Shown: piece after piece, positions 29,853 through 39,903 of the stretch | How the letters are laid out: every line of letters starts with the position of its first letter | Position numbering within the stretch: the stretch's first letter is position 1 | Notes under the pieces: model-generated | Database searches by the model: none | The model's input: the letters and a program-made list of their open reading frames with translations, nothing else | What the model was told of the DNA's origin: nothing | NCBI GenBank assembly: GCA_030059675.1 | Contig: JANVYQ010000002.1 | Coordinates: forward strand, 18,260 to 82,259 | Direction of reading: 5' to 3' | Source of the DNA: Candidatus Pelearchaeum maunauluense | GTDB taxonomy: Archaea; Thermoproteota; Nitrososphaeria_A; Caldarchaeales; Caldarchaeaceae | Length of the DNA: 64,000 bases | Made by a program: the position numbers and the translations under genes

Positions 29853-30476
29853 CTACTGGTGGAGAGCGGGCTCGGTCATAAAGTCCTCAGGCCTTATCCC
29901 TGCCTCAGCCTCCGGGGTGAGCTGTCCCCGCTCGCTTAAGACCATCTTGGCCAGATACCAGAAAGCATACGGAAGAGAGGTCTTGCCGCGGTTGTTCATA
30001 GGAATAACTAGATCTACGTTGGCGCAGGTATTGTCGGTGCTGCACGTAGCTATGACGGGAATCCGCGCTATGGCAGCCTCGTCAACGGCCTGCGAATCAT
30101 ACCGCGGGTCTGATACAACAACTAGGGATGGCTCTATGTAGTTCTTCAACGTCCTATTCGTGAAGAGCCCAGCCTTCATCTTGCCCACAATAGGTATACA
30201 GCCCGTAACCTCGCAGAACTTCTCCACAGCCTTTATACCATACACATGCGTGGAGACGACGACCACCTTCTCAGGCGGGAAGAAGGATATCATCCGCGCA
30301 GCTATGTTAAGCCTCTCCACGGTCTTCTTGATGTCTATGAGATATACTCCATCAGGCCTCAGGCGGAATACGAAGGGCTCCATATGCTTGACCTTGATTC
30401 TCGACCCTACATGCACCGCGTTCCTGACGAAGAGCTCCAGCAGCTCCGCCTCCTTCTGTTCAGGTGTTGTAGCCAT
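29853..30476 (-). CDS. rps2: 30S ribosomal protein S2 (uS2)
   Basis: 207 aa. uS2 pattern VHVGSRIK...VVVSDPRYD...IPVIATCSTD. Confidence 0.9.
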   Translation of the reverse strand: MATTPEQKEAELLELFVRNAVHVGSRIKVKHMEPFVFRLRPDGVYLIDIKKTVERLNIAARMISFFPPEKVVVVSTHVYGIKAVEKFCEVTGCIPIVGKMKAGLFTNRTLKNYIEPSLVVVSDPRYDSQAVDEAAIARIPVIATCSTDNTCANVDLVIPMNNRGKTSLPYAFWYLAKMVLSERGQLTPEAEAGIRPEDFMTEPALHQ

Positions 30477-30482
30477 ACCCCA

Positions 30483-31745
30483 TCACGCTAAACGGCTTAA
30501 CCCAAGCCTCCCCCGCGATGACTCCCATATACGGAGGAGCTCGTTAGCCTTTGCTATTCGTTCCCCGCCCATTATGCCTGCCTTAATAAGGTTAGCGCCG
30601 AGGCCTACCGCTATATGGGCTAGAACGCCGTCGCAGGCCTCGCCCGACCTGTGTGAGACAATCTTGGCTATGCCGTATCTGGCAGCCTCCCGCACCGCGT
30701 CCATCGTCGCCGTGAGTGTACCAACCTGGTTTGGCTTAATAATCATGGCGTTAACCGCGCTGGCCTTCCCAGCCTCCCTAACAAGCTCCGCCCTAGTTAC
30801 GAGTAGGTCGTCTCCGCAGATTAGCGTCGTCTCGCCATAGCTCTTGCGCAGCTCCGCGAAGCCCTGAATATCATCCTCTTGGAGAGGGTCTTCAACATAT
30901 CGCAATCCATACTCATCTATGAGCTTCCCCACATACTCTATCTGGCCGCGCCTATCTAGGGTTTTGCCGCTGCGCTTGTGGTTGTATTGTTTTGCGGACT
31001 CGCTGTATAGGGATGACGCGGCCATGTCTATCCCCATTCTGAGCTGGACGGCCAGCTCGTCAGACACGTTCTCCACGGTCTCTTTCACTGCTGCCAAGGC
31101 TTCCTCATTAGTCATGTTGGGCGAATACGCCCCCTCGTCGCCGCGTCCCTTCGTGAACCCCGGCACGCGCTTTGTGAGCAGGGAGCCCAGCGCCTTATGA
31201 ACCGTTACCACGGCCTTCACAGCCTTTAGAGGCTCGTCAACAGATGCGGGGAAAACCAGAATCTCCTGGATGTCTGGAGCTCCCTCGCCAGCATGGCTGC
31301 CGCCTCCTAGTACGTTTCCCAGCGGCATGGGTATCTGTGGCGTTTGACCGCTTAGGGACGCGATATGCTCGTATGGCTGCTTCTCCATCAGCCGCGCGGC
31401 GAGAACAGCCGATGCGACTGACGTGGCATAGGCGGCGTTGCCCCCTATCCTCTCAAAACGCCCCGTCCCATCTATCTCCGTGAGGAGCTCATCAACCCCG
31501 CGTTGGTCTGCTGGATCTCGGCCTACCAGACGGCTGCTTACAACGCTGTTAAACACGCGCACAGCCTCGGCGGCGTTGTTATTCGGATAATACTCAACCT
31601 CACGCTTCCCACGGCTCTTGCCCGCAGGAGCGGCAACCCTAGCAGCGACTTTCCCAGATTGCAGCTCAACCTCTATAGTAGCGTCTCCCCTGCTGTCAAA
31701 GACCAGCCTAGCATGAGCGCTGTCTATCTTGAATGACTCCGCCAT
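30483..31745 (-). CDS. eno: enolase (phosphopyruvate hydratase)
   Basis: 420 aa. Enolase motifs including SHRSGE and GAPD. The canonical eno-S2 adjacency is present. Confidence 0.9.
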   Translation of the reverse strand: MAESFKIDSAHARLVFDSRGDATIEVELQSGKVAARVAAPAGKSRGKREVEYYPNNNAAEAVRVFNSVVSSRLVGRDPADQRGVDELLTEIDGTGRFERIGGNAAYATSVASAVLAARLMEKQPYEHIASLSGQTPQIPMPLGNVLGGGSHAGEGAPDIQEILVFPASVDEPLKAVKAVVTVHKALGSLLTKRVPGFTKGRGDEGAYSPNMTNEEALAAVKETVENVSDELAVQLRMGIDMAASSLYSESAKQYNHKRSGKTLDRRGQIEYVGKLIDEYGLRYVEDPLQEDDIQGFAELRKSYGETTLICGDDLLVTRAELVREAGKASAVNAMIIKPNQVGTLTATMDAVREAARYGIAKIVSHRSGEACDGVLAHIAVGLGANLIKAGIMGGERIAKANELLRIWESSRGRLGLSRLA

Positions 31746-31750
31746 AGTTG

Positions 31751-31969
31751 CTAACCCGTCCCATACTGGCTATACCTTGTGTAGAATTCCACTATTTCGT
31801 TGAATACATCAACGCCTGAGATGAACATCCTTCTGCAACAGTAGCGTTTTACCTTAAGCTCGTCCAGCACCTTGCCCGCATTCTCTCCAGCTTCAACCCT
31901 AGCCTTATACTCCTCCCACTTATCTGCTATGAGAGCGCCACAGCTAAAACATCTAATAGGGAACATCAA
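31751..31969 (-). CDS. rpoN: DNA-directed RNA polymerase subunit N (Rpb10 homolog)
   Basis: 72 aa. IRCFSCG...RYCCRRM zinc-bundle signature. Confidence 0.85.
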   Translation of the reverse strand: MMFPIRCFSCGALIADKWEEYKARVEAGENAGKVLDELKVKRYCCRRMFISGVDVFNEIVEFYTRYSQYGTG

Positions 31970-32053
31970 TGCTCCATCACACCTGGCCTAGGTTGTTTGG
32001 CGTGATTTTTGAGGCTTTCTCCTGGAAAATACATGAAAAGAGGGAAGTGGGGT

Positions 32054-32455
32054 CTAGCGGTAGCTCTTCTGCTTAAATCGCCTGGCGCTCCTCCTGTTGG
32101 GTTTCTTGGGCTCTGTCTGGCGAGGGTCGCCAGCTACCAATACTCGGTCGTATTGTATTATCTCCTGCTTGATTGATTGGCGTAGGCTTGAGAGGGCGCG
32201 TGCTATGGCGCTGGCTACCGCCTCGGCCAACGCTACACGGCCGCCGCCACGAACCTTGACCACAAAGTCATGCGACTTCCAGAAATCTGGAGCGAAGTGT
32301 AGGGGCGTTACAATCTTAGCCCGCGTTATCTCGTCGCCAAACTGCTCTAGGGGCGTGTTGTTGATTATCACATTCCCCTTACCTGGCCTCACTACTAGCC
32401 TAGCCACTGCTGTTTTCCTGCGTCCAGTGAATACTCCCAGAACCTTCTGCCTCAC
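32054..32455 (-). CDS. rps9: 30S ribosomal protein S9 (uS9)
   Basis: 133 aa ending in the basic tail ...RRSARRFKQKSYR. Confidence 0.9.
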   Translation of the reverse strand: MRQKVLGVFTGRRKTAVARLVVRPGKGNVIINNTPLEQFGDEITRAKIVTPLHFAPDFWKSHDFVVKVRGGGRVALAEAVASAIARALSSLRQSIKQEIIQYDRVLVAGDPRQTEPKKPNRRSARRFKQKSYR

Positions 32456-32931
32456 CCGCGGCCACCTCTAAGCTCTTTTGATACCTCGCCCAGCGTCATG
32501 TACCTGATAACCCTCCCAGACCTGCTAATAGGCTTGACGAGCTTCGCGTCCTCTATCTCCAGGCGGCGCGCCTCTGGTATGTTCTTAGCCCCCCTAAAGA
32601 CCTTAAGACGCCTAGCAGCCTCACGGCCCTTGGGCTTCTTCCTCGGTAGCATCCTAAGAATCGCGTAGCGTAAAATTCCCTCTGGGAGAGTTGGATACCA
32701 AACCTTGATAACCTTATGCGATGTCAGCTGTCTCCTGGAGCGGAGGAATAGGAAACGCTCCATTATCGGCTTCTTCTTGCCCGTTATCACGGCCTTCTCG
32801 GCGTTTATTATGAATACCCTATGCCCCTGCATGAGCATCTTCGCCACGTAAGATGCTAGACGACCAACCTTGTAGTTGGTCGCGTCTATCAGATACGTCT
32901 CTGGCTTTTGTAGAACCTCCACCTTAGCCAA
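32452..32931 (-). CDS. rpl13: 50S ribosomal protein L13 (uL13)
   Basis: 159 aa. Conserved uL13 pattern (LIDATNYKVGRLASYVAK...HRVFIINAEKAVITG). Confidence 0.9.
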   Translation of the reverse strand: MAKVEVLQKPETYLIDATNYKVGRLASYVAKMLMQGHRVFIINAEKAVITGKKKPIMERFLFLRSRRQLTSHKVIKVWYPTLPEGILRYAILRMLPRKKPKGREAARRLKVFRGAKNIPEARRLEIEDAKLVKPISRSGRVIRYMTLGEVSKELRGGRG

Positions 32932-33283
32932 TTATCCTCACCCCAGAACCGTCTGGGTACTTCTCCAAAAACTCCTCAAGAAGTAGAGCCTGACCACCTG
33001 CGCGCTCTATCTTGCTTAAAGCCTGTTTTGAGAAGCTGAAGGCGCCCACAGTTAGCTGGTGCTTAAGCAAGCCCGAGCCAAGGACCTTCCCAGGGACGAA
33101 GACCACCTCACCAGGCTTCGTGCTCCTATCCAGATGGTATACGTTAACTTCCCTACGCCTCCTATTACCCTTGGCCAGCTCCTCAAGCACTCTACGCCAA
33201 AACCTCCGCCTCCTGGCGTATGGCTCAAGGAGCCGCGCGGCCCTTGCCCTCCATAAACTAACTTGCTTCCTTGGCATCTGCAA
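32924..33283 (-). CDS. rpl18e: 50S ribosomal protein L18e
   Basis: 119 aa with L18e-like EVNVYHLDRSTKPGEVVFVPGKVLGSG. Confidence 0.8.
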   Translation of the reverse strand: MQMPRKQVSLWRARAARLLEPYARRRRFWRRVLEELAKGNRRRREVNVYHLDRSTKPGEVVFVPGKVLGSGLLKHQLTVGAFSFSKQALSKIERAGGQALLLEEFLEKYPDGSGVRIIG

Positions 33284-33914
33284 ACAGCACCTCGCACTCT
33301 GAAATCATATCATCAACCTTACGCCTCAATATATTGACAGCTTCCTTCAGCATTCTCTTGGCTGGGAGGAAGCCGAAGGACTCTATGTAGAGGAGGTTCT
33401 TCCCATCCTCCTCATATAGCGTAGCTATGCCGGCCTGCCACTTGGTATGCTTCTTACCCTGCCCCAGCCTTACGTAGAGCTCCAGCTCAATCCTCTGGCC
33501 AGGTGCAAGCATGGTTATTGGTATATTGCCGCTCACGGGCTTCACGGTGGTCTCTGGGTTCTCAGGCGTCATGTCGCGCGAATAAACAGTTATCGGCGCG
33601 TCTCCAGCCTCGGCTCTTAGGACGTATCTCACGACACACTTCTCACAGCCCAGCTTACTCTGGCAGCTACAGTGCTCAGGGAGATTATAGTTATCCATGT
33701 CGGAGACGAATGGTATGAGTGAGATTCTATGCGCTAGGATTTCGTTGGGCATCGCTGAGCTGTTCTCAATTATCAAGACCTCCTCAACGGCCATCGTGGG
33801 AACTTCGCGCAGTATCATCCTTCTTATGCCGTTGGCTATCGCTACAGGTACGTCGCGTAGCTCAACCCTAATCCACTCGTCGCCCCCGCTCTCTACGATT
33901 ACAAGCCTTTCCAA
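33258..33914 (-). CDS. rpoD: DNA-directed RNA polymerase subunit D (Rpb3 homolog)
   Basis: 218 aa. GIRRMILREVPTMAVEEV and the Cys cluster (CSCQSKLGCEKC). Confidence 0.85.
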   Translation of the reverse strand: MERLVIVESGGDEWIRVELRDVPVAIANGIRRMILREVPTMAVEEVLIIENSSAMPNEILAHRISLIPFVSDMDNYNLPEHCSCQSKLGCEKCVVRYVLRAEAGDAPITVYSRDMTPENPETTVKPVSGNIPITMLAPGQRIELELYVRLGQGKKHTKWQAGIATLYEEDGKNLLYIESFGFLPAKRMLKEAVNILRRKVDDMISECEVLFADAKEAS

Positions 33915-34082
33915 TCCCAGCTTCCCCAGCCATCCGTCAAGCGGCTGAGCCGCACTCCTCGGGGCTGCCTATTTAAGGTATAGCGTCCTCAACGGCCAGC
34001 TAAGACTCATTCCCAGGAGATTTTTGGCAGGAGGTCTCCTAATGCGTAGTTGCGAAAATTTAATTAGCCGAGGCAGCGTGGG

Positions 34083-34439
34083 ATGGGCATGACCATGTCT
34101 AAGGAGATTCAGCTTACAGTCACGGATAGGGCTGTGGAGAAGATTAGAGAGCTGATTAAGGCTGAGGGGAACGAGAACCTGGCTCTCAGGATTTACATAA
34201 CTGGCGGCGGGTGCTCAGGCTATCGCTACGGAATGGCGCTGGATGACAACATATACGAGGACGACATAACGGTAACGAAGGACGGCGTGAAGGTTGTGGT
34301 TGACTCATTTAGCGCCACGTTCTTGGATGGCTCAACAATAGACTATGTGGAGAATGTTATGGGCTCTGGGTTCGTGATAGACAACCCTAACGTGGCATCC
34401 ACATGCGGCTGTGGCCATTCGTTCAGCGTGAAGCAGTAG
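34083..34439 (+). CDS. iron-sulfur cluster assembly accessory protein (HesB/IscA/ErpA family)
   Basis: The three conserved Cys (GGGCSGY ... CGCGHSF) of A-type carriers. AAAATTTAATTA lies upstream. Confidence 0.85.
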   Translation: MGMTMSKEIQLTVTDRAVEKIRELIKAEGNENLALRIYITGGGCSGYRYGMALDDNIYEDDITVTKDGVKVVVDSFSATFLDGSTIDYVENVMGSGFVIDNPNVASTCGCGHSFSVKQ

Positions 34440-34449
34440 GGAGAGGGAG

Positions 34450-34905
34450 ATGCCGAAGGTCGGTGAGCGCGCACCCAGCTTCAGGCTTCCAGACCAAGAC
34501 GGGGTTGAGCGCGGCCTAGAGGAGCTACTGGCAGACAAGCGTTTTCTAGTCCTCTACTTCTACCCGCGCGACAACACTCCAGGATGTACCACCGAGGCTT
34601 GCAGTTTTAGAGACGCGCTACCAGACCTCCGCGGAGGTGGGGTTGAGGTCGTTGGGATTAGCACAGACCCGCCAGAGGCTCATAGGCGTTTCAGGGAGAA
34701 GTATGGGCTTACGTTCATCCTTCTCTCAGACGTTGAGGGGCGGGTTGCGCGTATGTATGGCGCCTTTAGAGAGGAGCGCGGAACATGCGCTAGGAAGACC
34801 TACGTGATAGACTCAAGCGGCGTAGTTAGGGCTGTCTTTGAGAAGGTCAAGCCAGACGACCATGCCCTTGAAGTTTTAGAAACAATAAGGAAGCTCTCAT
34901 CCTAG
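34450..34905 (+). CDS. bcp: peroxiredoxin, Bcp type (second copy)
   Basis: GERAPSF...FYPRDNTPGCTTEAC catalytic motif. 151 aa. Confidence 0.85.
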   Translation: MPKVGERAPSFRLPDQDGVERGLEELLADKRFLVLYFYPRDNTPGCTTEACSFRDALPDLRGGGVEVVGISTDPPEAHRRFREKYGLTFILLSDVEGRVARMYGAFREERGTCARKTYVIDSSGVVRAVFEKVKPDDHALEVLETIRKLSS

Positions 34906-35547
34906 CCCTGATCTGTTCCTTCTATACCATGCGCAGAACTCGTTGACTGGGCAGCGGGAGCACTTGGGGCGGGGTCTCCTGCATATCTCCTTCCCGAAGA
35001 GGACGAAGAGCGTGTTTATGAGCGGCCTATCCCATAGCGGCGTAAGCTCCTCTAGGCTCTTCTTCACAGCCTCATAGTCCCCATCCTCAGGGGCTACCCC
35101 AAGACGTTTTGCTACAGTCTCGACGTGGGTGTCTACGGCTATCTCAGGCTCTCCATAGGCGAATGAGAGGACGATGTCCGCTGTTTTTGGGCCGACACCG
35201 GGGAGACGCATGAGCTCTTCGCGCTTCCTGGGAACTTTACCGCCCAGCTCAAACGCTATTATCTGCGCCACCTTCTTGATTCGCCGTGCTTTCTGCCTGT
35301 AGAACCCCACTTCCCTTATCAGCCGTTCAATAGACCTAACATCAGCCCGCGCCAGCTCCTCTGGTGTTTTATATTGTTTGAAGAGCTTGGAGAACGCTGC
35401 GTCGGTCTTCTCATCCCGCGTCCTGTGCGAGAGTATAGTCCCGATGAGTGTTGCGAAGGGGTCTGAGGGCTGTATATGGAGCGGCTTCGTGAGCTTGTAG
35501 CGCTTCTTGAGACGTGTAAGAACCTCCATGAAGCTCTCGGAATCCAT
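34897..35547 (-). CDS. nth: endonuclease III-family HhH-GPD DNA glycosylase with 4Fe-4S cluster
   Basis: HhH-GPD core (LPGVGPKTADIV) and the C-terminal C-x6-C-x2-C-x5-C (CRRPRPKCSRCPVNEFC). The likely start is the internal Met (MDSESF). Confidence 0.8.
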   Translation of the reverse strand: MDSESFMEVLTRLKKRYKLTKPLHIQPSDPFATLIGTILSHRTRDEKTDAAFSKLFKQYKTPEELARADVRSIERLIREVGFYRQKARRIKKVAQIIAFELGGKVPRKREELMRLPGVGPKTADIVLSFAYGEPEIAVDTHVETVAKRLGVAPEDGDYEAVKKSLEELTPLWDRPLINTLFVLFGKEICRRPRPKCSRCPVNEFCAWYRRNRSGLG

Positions 35548-35632
35548 CACTCGGAATAACGTCGTTTCTACGTGAGCTAAAAAGTTGGATGGACGACAAC
35601 CTATAATTAAAGCCGCTATAGCTGTTGGATAC

Positions 35633-35875
35633 ATGAATGTGCGCATCGTTTACTGCGTCCCCTGTGGGCACCTCCCGACGGCTCTGGAGCTTTCGCAGCA
35701 GCTCCTCTCAAGGTATGGGCAGAGGCTTAACAAGAAGTTCTCGGTAACGCTAGACACTTCGGATGGTGGGACGTTTGAGGTGTATATTGACGGTGAGCGT
35801 GTCTTCTCCCGCCACGAGGCTAAGCGCTTCCCAACCGCTGATGAAATCGCAGCGCGTATTGAGGAGCGCCTCTAG
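35633..35875 (+). CDS. SelT/SelW/Rdx-family small redox protein
   Basis: NVRIVYCVPCGH...FEVYIDGERVFSRHEAKRFP fits the Rdx fold with a CxxC motif. Confidence 0.55.
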   Translation: MNVRIVYCVPCGHLPTALELSQQLLSRYGQRLNKKFSVTLDTSDGGTFEVYIDGERVFSRHEAKRFPTADEIAARIEERL

Positions 35876-36100
35876 GATATGGCCAAAGGTATATAGCTGG
35901 CCAAGCGGCACGTATTACTGAAGGGGGTTGGCCGAGGCCAAGTTAGACGAGTGCCCAAGATGCCACGCCGAGGTGCCGACTGACGCGATACGCTGCCCCA
36001 GATGCGGGCTATGCATAGCCTGCTCTAGCCAGTAATATCAAATATCCACCTCTTCTAGTTAAGGGTATTATTCTCGCCCAGCCTGGGGGGCGGGTAGCTA

Positions 36101-38749
36101 ATGACACAAGTCGCAGCCTACTCTTTCGTTGATAAGCCGTTTAGCGACGAGGAGAGTCTAGCGGCGCTAGAGAGCTACGTACGCGAGTGGTTTATGAGAA
36201 CCTTCAAGGAGCTTACGCCACCGCAGCGCTACTCGTTCAAGCTGATAGCTGACGGTCATAACGTTATAATCACAGCGCCGACTGGAAGTGGGAAAACCCT
36301 GGCTGGCTTCATGAGTATATTGAGCAAGCTCTTTAAGATGGGTGAGCAGCGCCAGCTCACCGAGAGCGTTTATTGCATCTACGTAAGCCCTCTCAAAGCA
36401 CTGGATAATGATGTAAAGAAGAACTTGATGCAGCCGCTTATAGAGATACGCGAGATAGCTGCGGAGATGGGGATAGAGCTGCCTGAGATAAAGATAGCAG
36501 TCAGGACGAGTGATGTAGCTGGCTCGGAGAAGCAGCGCCAGCTAAAGGAGCCACCCCACATCCTGATAACCACGCCAGAGAGTCTAGCAATCCTCCTCAA
36601 CGCCCCCAAGTTCGCGGAGAAGCTGCGTACTGTGCAGTGGGTAATCGTTGACGAGATACACGAGCTAGCTGGCAGTAAAAGGGGCGCTCACCTCTCGCTA
36701 AGCCTTGAGCGACTGCGGGAAGCAGTAGGAAAGGACTTCATACGCATAGGGCTGGGCGCCACACTACACCCGCTTGAAGAGGCCGCGCGCTTCCTAGTAG
36801 GCTACGACGACACAGGAAGACCAAGACCATGCAAGATAGTCGATGTAACATGGTATAAGCCGCTCCAACTGATGGTAAAAACACCTGTCAAGGATATTGT
36901 CCACGCATCGGCGGATGAGATTAACGAAGCCCTCTACAGACTCCTGGATAAGCTGATAACAAAACACAGGACGACGCTCATCTTCACCAACACCCGCTCA
37001 GGAACTGAGAGGGTCGTCTATAACTTGAAGGAGAGGTGGCCTGATAAGTATAATGACTCAACGATAGGCGCTCATCATGGCTCGCTCTCGCGCGAGATTA
37101 GGCTAGATATTGAGGATAGGCTGAAGCGGGGCGAGCTTAAGGCTGTTGTCTGCTCCACATCCCTTGAGCTGGGTATTGATGTGGGCTACATAGACCTGGT
37201 TGTTCAGGTAGGCTCGCCCAAGAGCATAACTAGGGCTGTTCAACGCATAGGGAGAAGCGGCCACCGCTTCGGCGACACCGCACGCGGCGTGATAATAGCG
37301 ATGGATAGAGACGACATAGTAGAGTGCGCAGTCATGCTAAAATGCGCACTAGAGAGGAGGCTGGACGAGATAAAAATACCAACAAACTGCCTAGATGTCC
37401 TGGCACAACATATAGTCGGCATGGCGCTCACACGCAAATGGAGCGTTGACGAAGCGTTCAGGCTGGTACGCCGCTCATACAACTACCGCTACCTAGACAA
37501 AGAAACCTTCATCAGCCTCCTCAAATACCTAGCAGGACATTATGCCGAGCTTGAGGATAGAAGCGTCTATGGAAAGATATGGTTTGACGAGAAAAACATG
37601 ATGTTCGGTAAACGAGGAAAATACACCAGAATAATATACTACCTAAACATAGGGACAATCCCCGACGAGGTTAAGGTTGATGTCTATCTCCTGCCAGATA
37701 AGCGCTACATAGGCTCCATAGAGGAAGAATTCTTAGAGCGTCTAAGGCCTGGAGACATCTTCGTCCTAGGCGGCAGGATGTATAGGTTCAGATATGCACG
37801 GAGCATGAGCTGCTATGTTGAGAAGCCACCCAAGGATAGCCTCCCGACAATACCCGCGTGGTTCTCCGAGCTACTCCCACTAAGCTTCGAGCTGGCGCTG
37901 GAGATACAGGACTTTAGGGAGGAGTTCAAAGCGACGCTACAGGCTGGGAAGACGAAGAAGGAGATAGTGGCGTGGCTTCTCAGAAGATTCCCAATAGAGA
38001 GACACACAGCCGAGGCAATATACAACTATTACAGGGAGCACTACAGATACACGGGTGGCAAGCTACCTGGACGCGATGAGATTCTAATAGAGACTACCTC
38101 AGACCTTCAGGAAAGGCGTTTCATAGTCTTCCACGCCCTCTATGGGCGGAGAGTTAACGACGCCCTCTCTCGCGCGGCAGCCATACTCACGTCAGACCAG
38201 ATAGGCAGGAACGTGGGGGTTATAGTAAGCGATAACGGCTTTGCCCTACACATACCGCAGGACGCTAGGGTTGACGTGGAGAGACTCCTTAGAGAACTAG
38301 CTTCATGCGACTTGGAAGAGCTGCTTAAGCGAAACATACGGAGAACGGAGATGATGAAGAGAAGATTTAGACACTGTGCAGCGCGTAGCTTCCTCATACT
38401 CCGAAACTACAAAGGATACAAGATAAGCGTAAGCAAGCAGCAGACAAACGCCCAGACCTTGCTCAATGTATGCGAAGAGGTCAATCCGAACTTTCCCGTT
38501 ATTGTGGAAACCTATCGCGAGATACTGCGGGACGTGATGGACTTGGAGAGGGCGAAGCTTGTCCAGGAATGGCTCAGGACAGGCAGGGTGAAGAGCATGC
38601 TAATCAAGACCGAGGTCCCCACACCCTTAGCGCATAACCTTATAGTCCTGGGAGACGCCGACATAGTGTTGATGGAGGATCGTAAGAAGAGGCTCCTCCA
38701 GCTGCATGAGGCTGTGATGAGGAAGATTAGGCTTGCGGCACGCTCTTAA
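36101..38749 (+). CDS. Lhr-family large ATP-dependent helicase (superfamily 2)
   Basis: 882 aa. Walker A ITAPTGSGKTLAGF, DEIHEL motif II, an HGSLS..R motif VI region, and a long winged-helix/domain-4 tail typical of the Lhr core. Confidence 0.85.
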   Translation: MTQVAAYSFVDKPFSDEESLAALESYVREWFMRTFKELTPPQRYSFKLIADGHNVIITAPTGSGKTLAGFMSILSKLFKMGEQRQLTESVYCIYVSPLKALDNDVKKNLMQPLIEIREIAAEMGIELPEIKIAVRTSDVAGSEKQRQLKEPPHILITTPESLAILLNAPKFAEKLRTVQWVIVDEIHELAGSKRGAHLSLSLERLREAVGKDFIRIGLGATLHPLEEAARFLVGYDDTGRPRPCKIVDVTWYKPLQLMVKTPVKDIVHASADEINEALYRLLDKLITKHRTTLIFTNTRSGTERVVYNLKERWPDKYNDSTIGAHHGSLSREIRLDIEDRLKRGELKAVVCSTSLELGIDVGYIDLVVQVGSPKSITRAVQRIGRSGHRFGDTARGVIIAMDRDDIVECAVMLKCALERRLDEIKIPTNCLDVLAQHIVGMALTRKWSVDEAFRLVRRSYNYRYLDKETFISLLKYLAGHYAELEDRSVYGKIWFDEKNMMFGKRGKYTRIIYYLNIGTIPDEVKVDVYLLPDKRYIGSIEEEFLERLRPGDIFVLGGRMYRFRYARSMSCYVEKPPKDSLPTIPAWFSELLPLSFELALEIQDFREEFKATLQAGKTKKEIVAWLLRRFPIERHTAEAIYNYYREHYRYTGGKLPGRDEILIETTSDLQERRFIVFHALYGRRVNDALSRAAAILTSDQIGRNVGVIVSDNGFALHIPQDARVDVERLLRELASCDLEELLKRNIRRTEMMKRRFRHCAARSFLILRNYKGYKISVSKQQTNAQTLLNVCEEVNPNFPVIVETYREILRDVMDLERAKLVQEWLRTGRVKSMLIKTEVPTPLAHNLIVLGDADIVLMEDRKKRLLQLHEAVMRKIRLAARS

Positions 38750-39506
38750 TAGTCTCACGATAATGGGCGTGGTGGAGCTGGTCGCGCCCTATCCAGCGAT
38801 ATACATACCAGAGATAGACACTCTAGCAATATCAGACCTACACCTCGGCTACGAGGGGGTTATGGCCGAGGAGGCTGGGCTAATGATACCGAAGACACAG
38901 TTCAAGAAGGAGATGCAGGCTCTCAGGGAGATTGAGAAGCGCGTCAAGGCAAGGAGGATAGTATTGAACGGCGACATAAAGCATGAGTTCTCCTCAACAA
39001 GCTACCACGAGTCAAGGGAGGTGTCGGACATGCTTGAGCATCTCCAGCAGGAGTATGAGGAGGTTATAATTGTTAAGGGGAACCATGATAACTTCATAGC
39101 AAGAATAACCTCGCGATACAGGGTTAAGCTGGTTGAGGAGTTTCTTGATGGCAGGTATTATTTTGTTCATGGCCATGAAATACCTGAAGGGTTCGCCTTA
39201 AAGGGCGAGGTTGTGGTAATAGGGCATGAGCATCCAGCAATAGCGTTATATGATGATGTGGGAGCTAAGGAGAAGATACCCTGCATACTCTATGGGGATA
39301 TGCTTGACGGTAGGAAGATAATAGTCCTGCCAGCCTTCTCCATACTTGCGCAGGGGAGTGAGGTGAATATGATACCCCGCGAGGAGCTTCTCTCACCAAT
39401 ACTCAGACAATACGTGGATGTGGATTCGCTAAACGTGATGAGCGTAGGCCCAGATGTTGGGTGCATCTCCTTTCCGAAACTCGGCCTGCTACGCGGCGTA
39501 CACTGA
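38733..39506 (+). CDS. metallophosphoesterase (MPE) partnered with Lhr
   Basis: Calcineurin-like motifs DLHLG, GDIKHEF, GNHD and GHEH. Overlaps the Lhr stop in the known Lhr-MPE operon arrangement. Confidence 0.8.
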   Translation: MRHALNSLTIMGVVELVAPYPAIYIPEIDTLAISDLHLGYEGVMAEEAGLMIPKTQFKKEMQALREIEKRVKARRIVLNGDIKHEFSSTSYHESREVSDMLEHLQQEYEEVIIVKGNHDNFIARITSRYRVKLVEEFLDGRYYFVHGHEIPEGFALKGEVVVIGHEHPAIALYDDVGAKEKIPCILYGDMLDGRKIIVLPAFSILAQGSEVNMIPREELLSPILRQYVDVDSLNVMSVGPDVGCISFPKLGLLRGVH

Positions 39507-39903
39507 AGAATCTGAATAGTGGAATTCTTCCAATATGCGTTGTTTAAGCCTTTTTGCAGGCATTCCAACCTTTTATGTGGAATGGAGTCTGAAACAGCCC
39601 CCCGATGCCGCGACTGCCACTAATGGCATCCCTACGACCTCCTGCCCTTCATGGGTGAGTGTTCCAACCCTTCCAGCATACGTTTCAAGAGCGTGGTATT
39701 CCAAGACAATATTGCTGGAAACTGCTTCACGGAGAGAAGCCTAGAATCGCTGGATTTCGTATGGTGCATGACATGCAGGAGAACCATACCACTAAACGAG
39801 CTCCCACTACATTCAAGCCATGAACTCTTCGTCGATGCCGCGCGGCTGCCTGTTGAGGATTTGTACGAGATGACATTTGCAGGCGACTAAGTGGGGGGTG
39901 TAT

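Noticed and set aside
30160-30840. 226-aa + strand ORF overlapping rps2 and eno
   Set aside because: Antisense shadow ORF spanning two strongly supported genes on the opposite strand.
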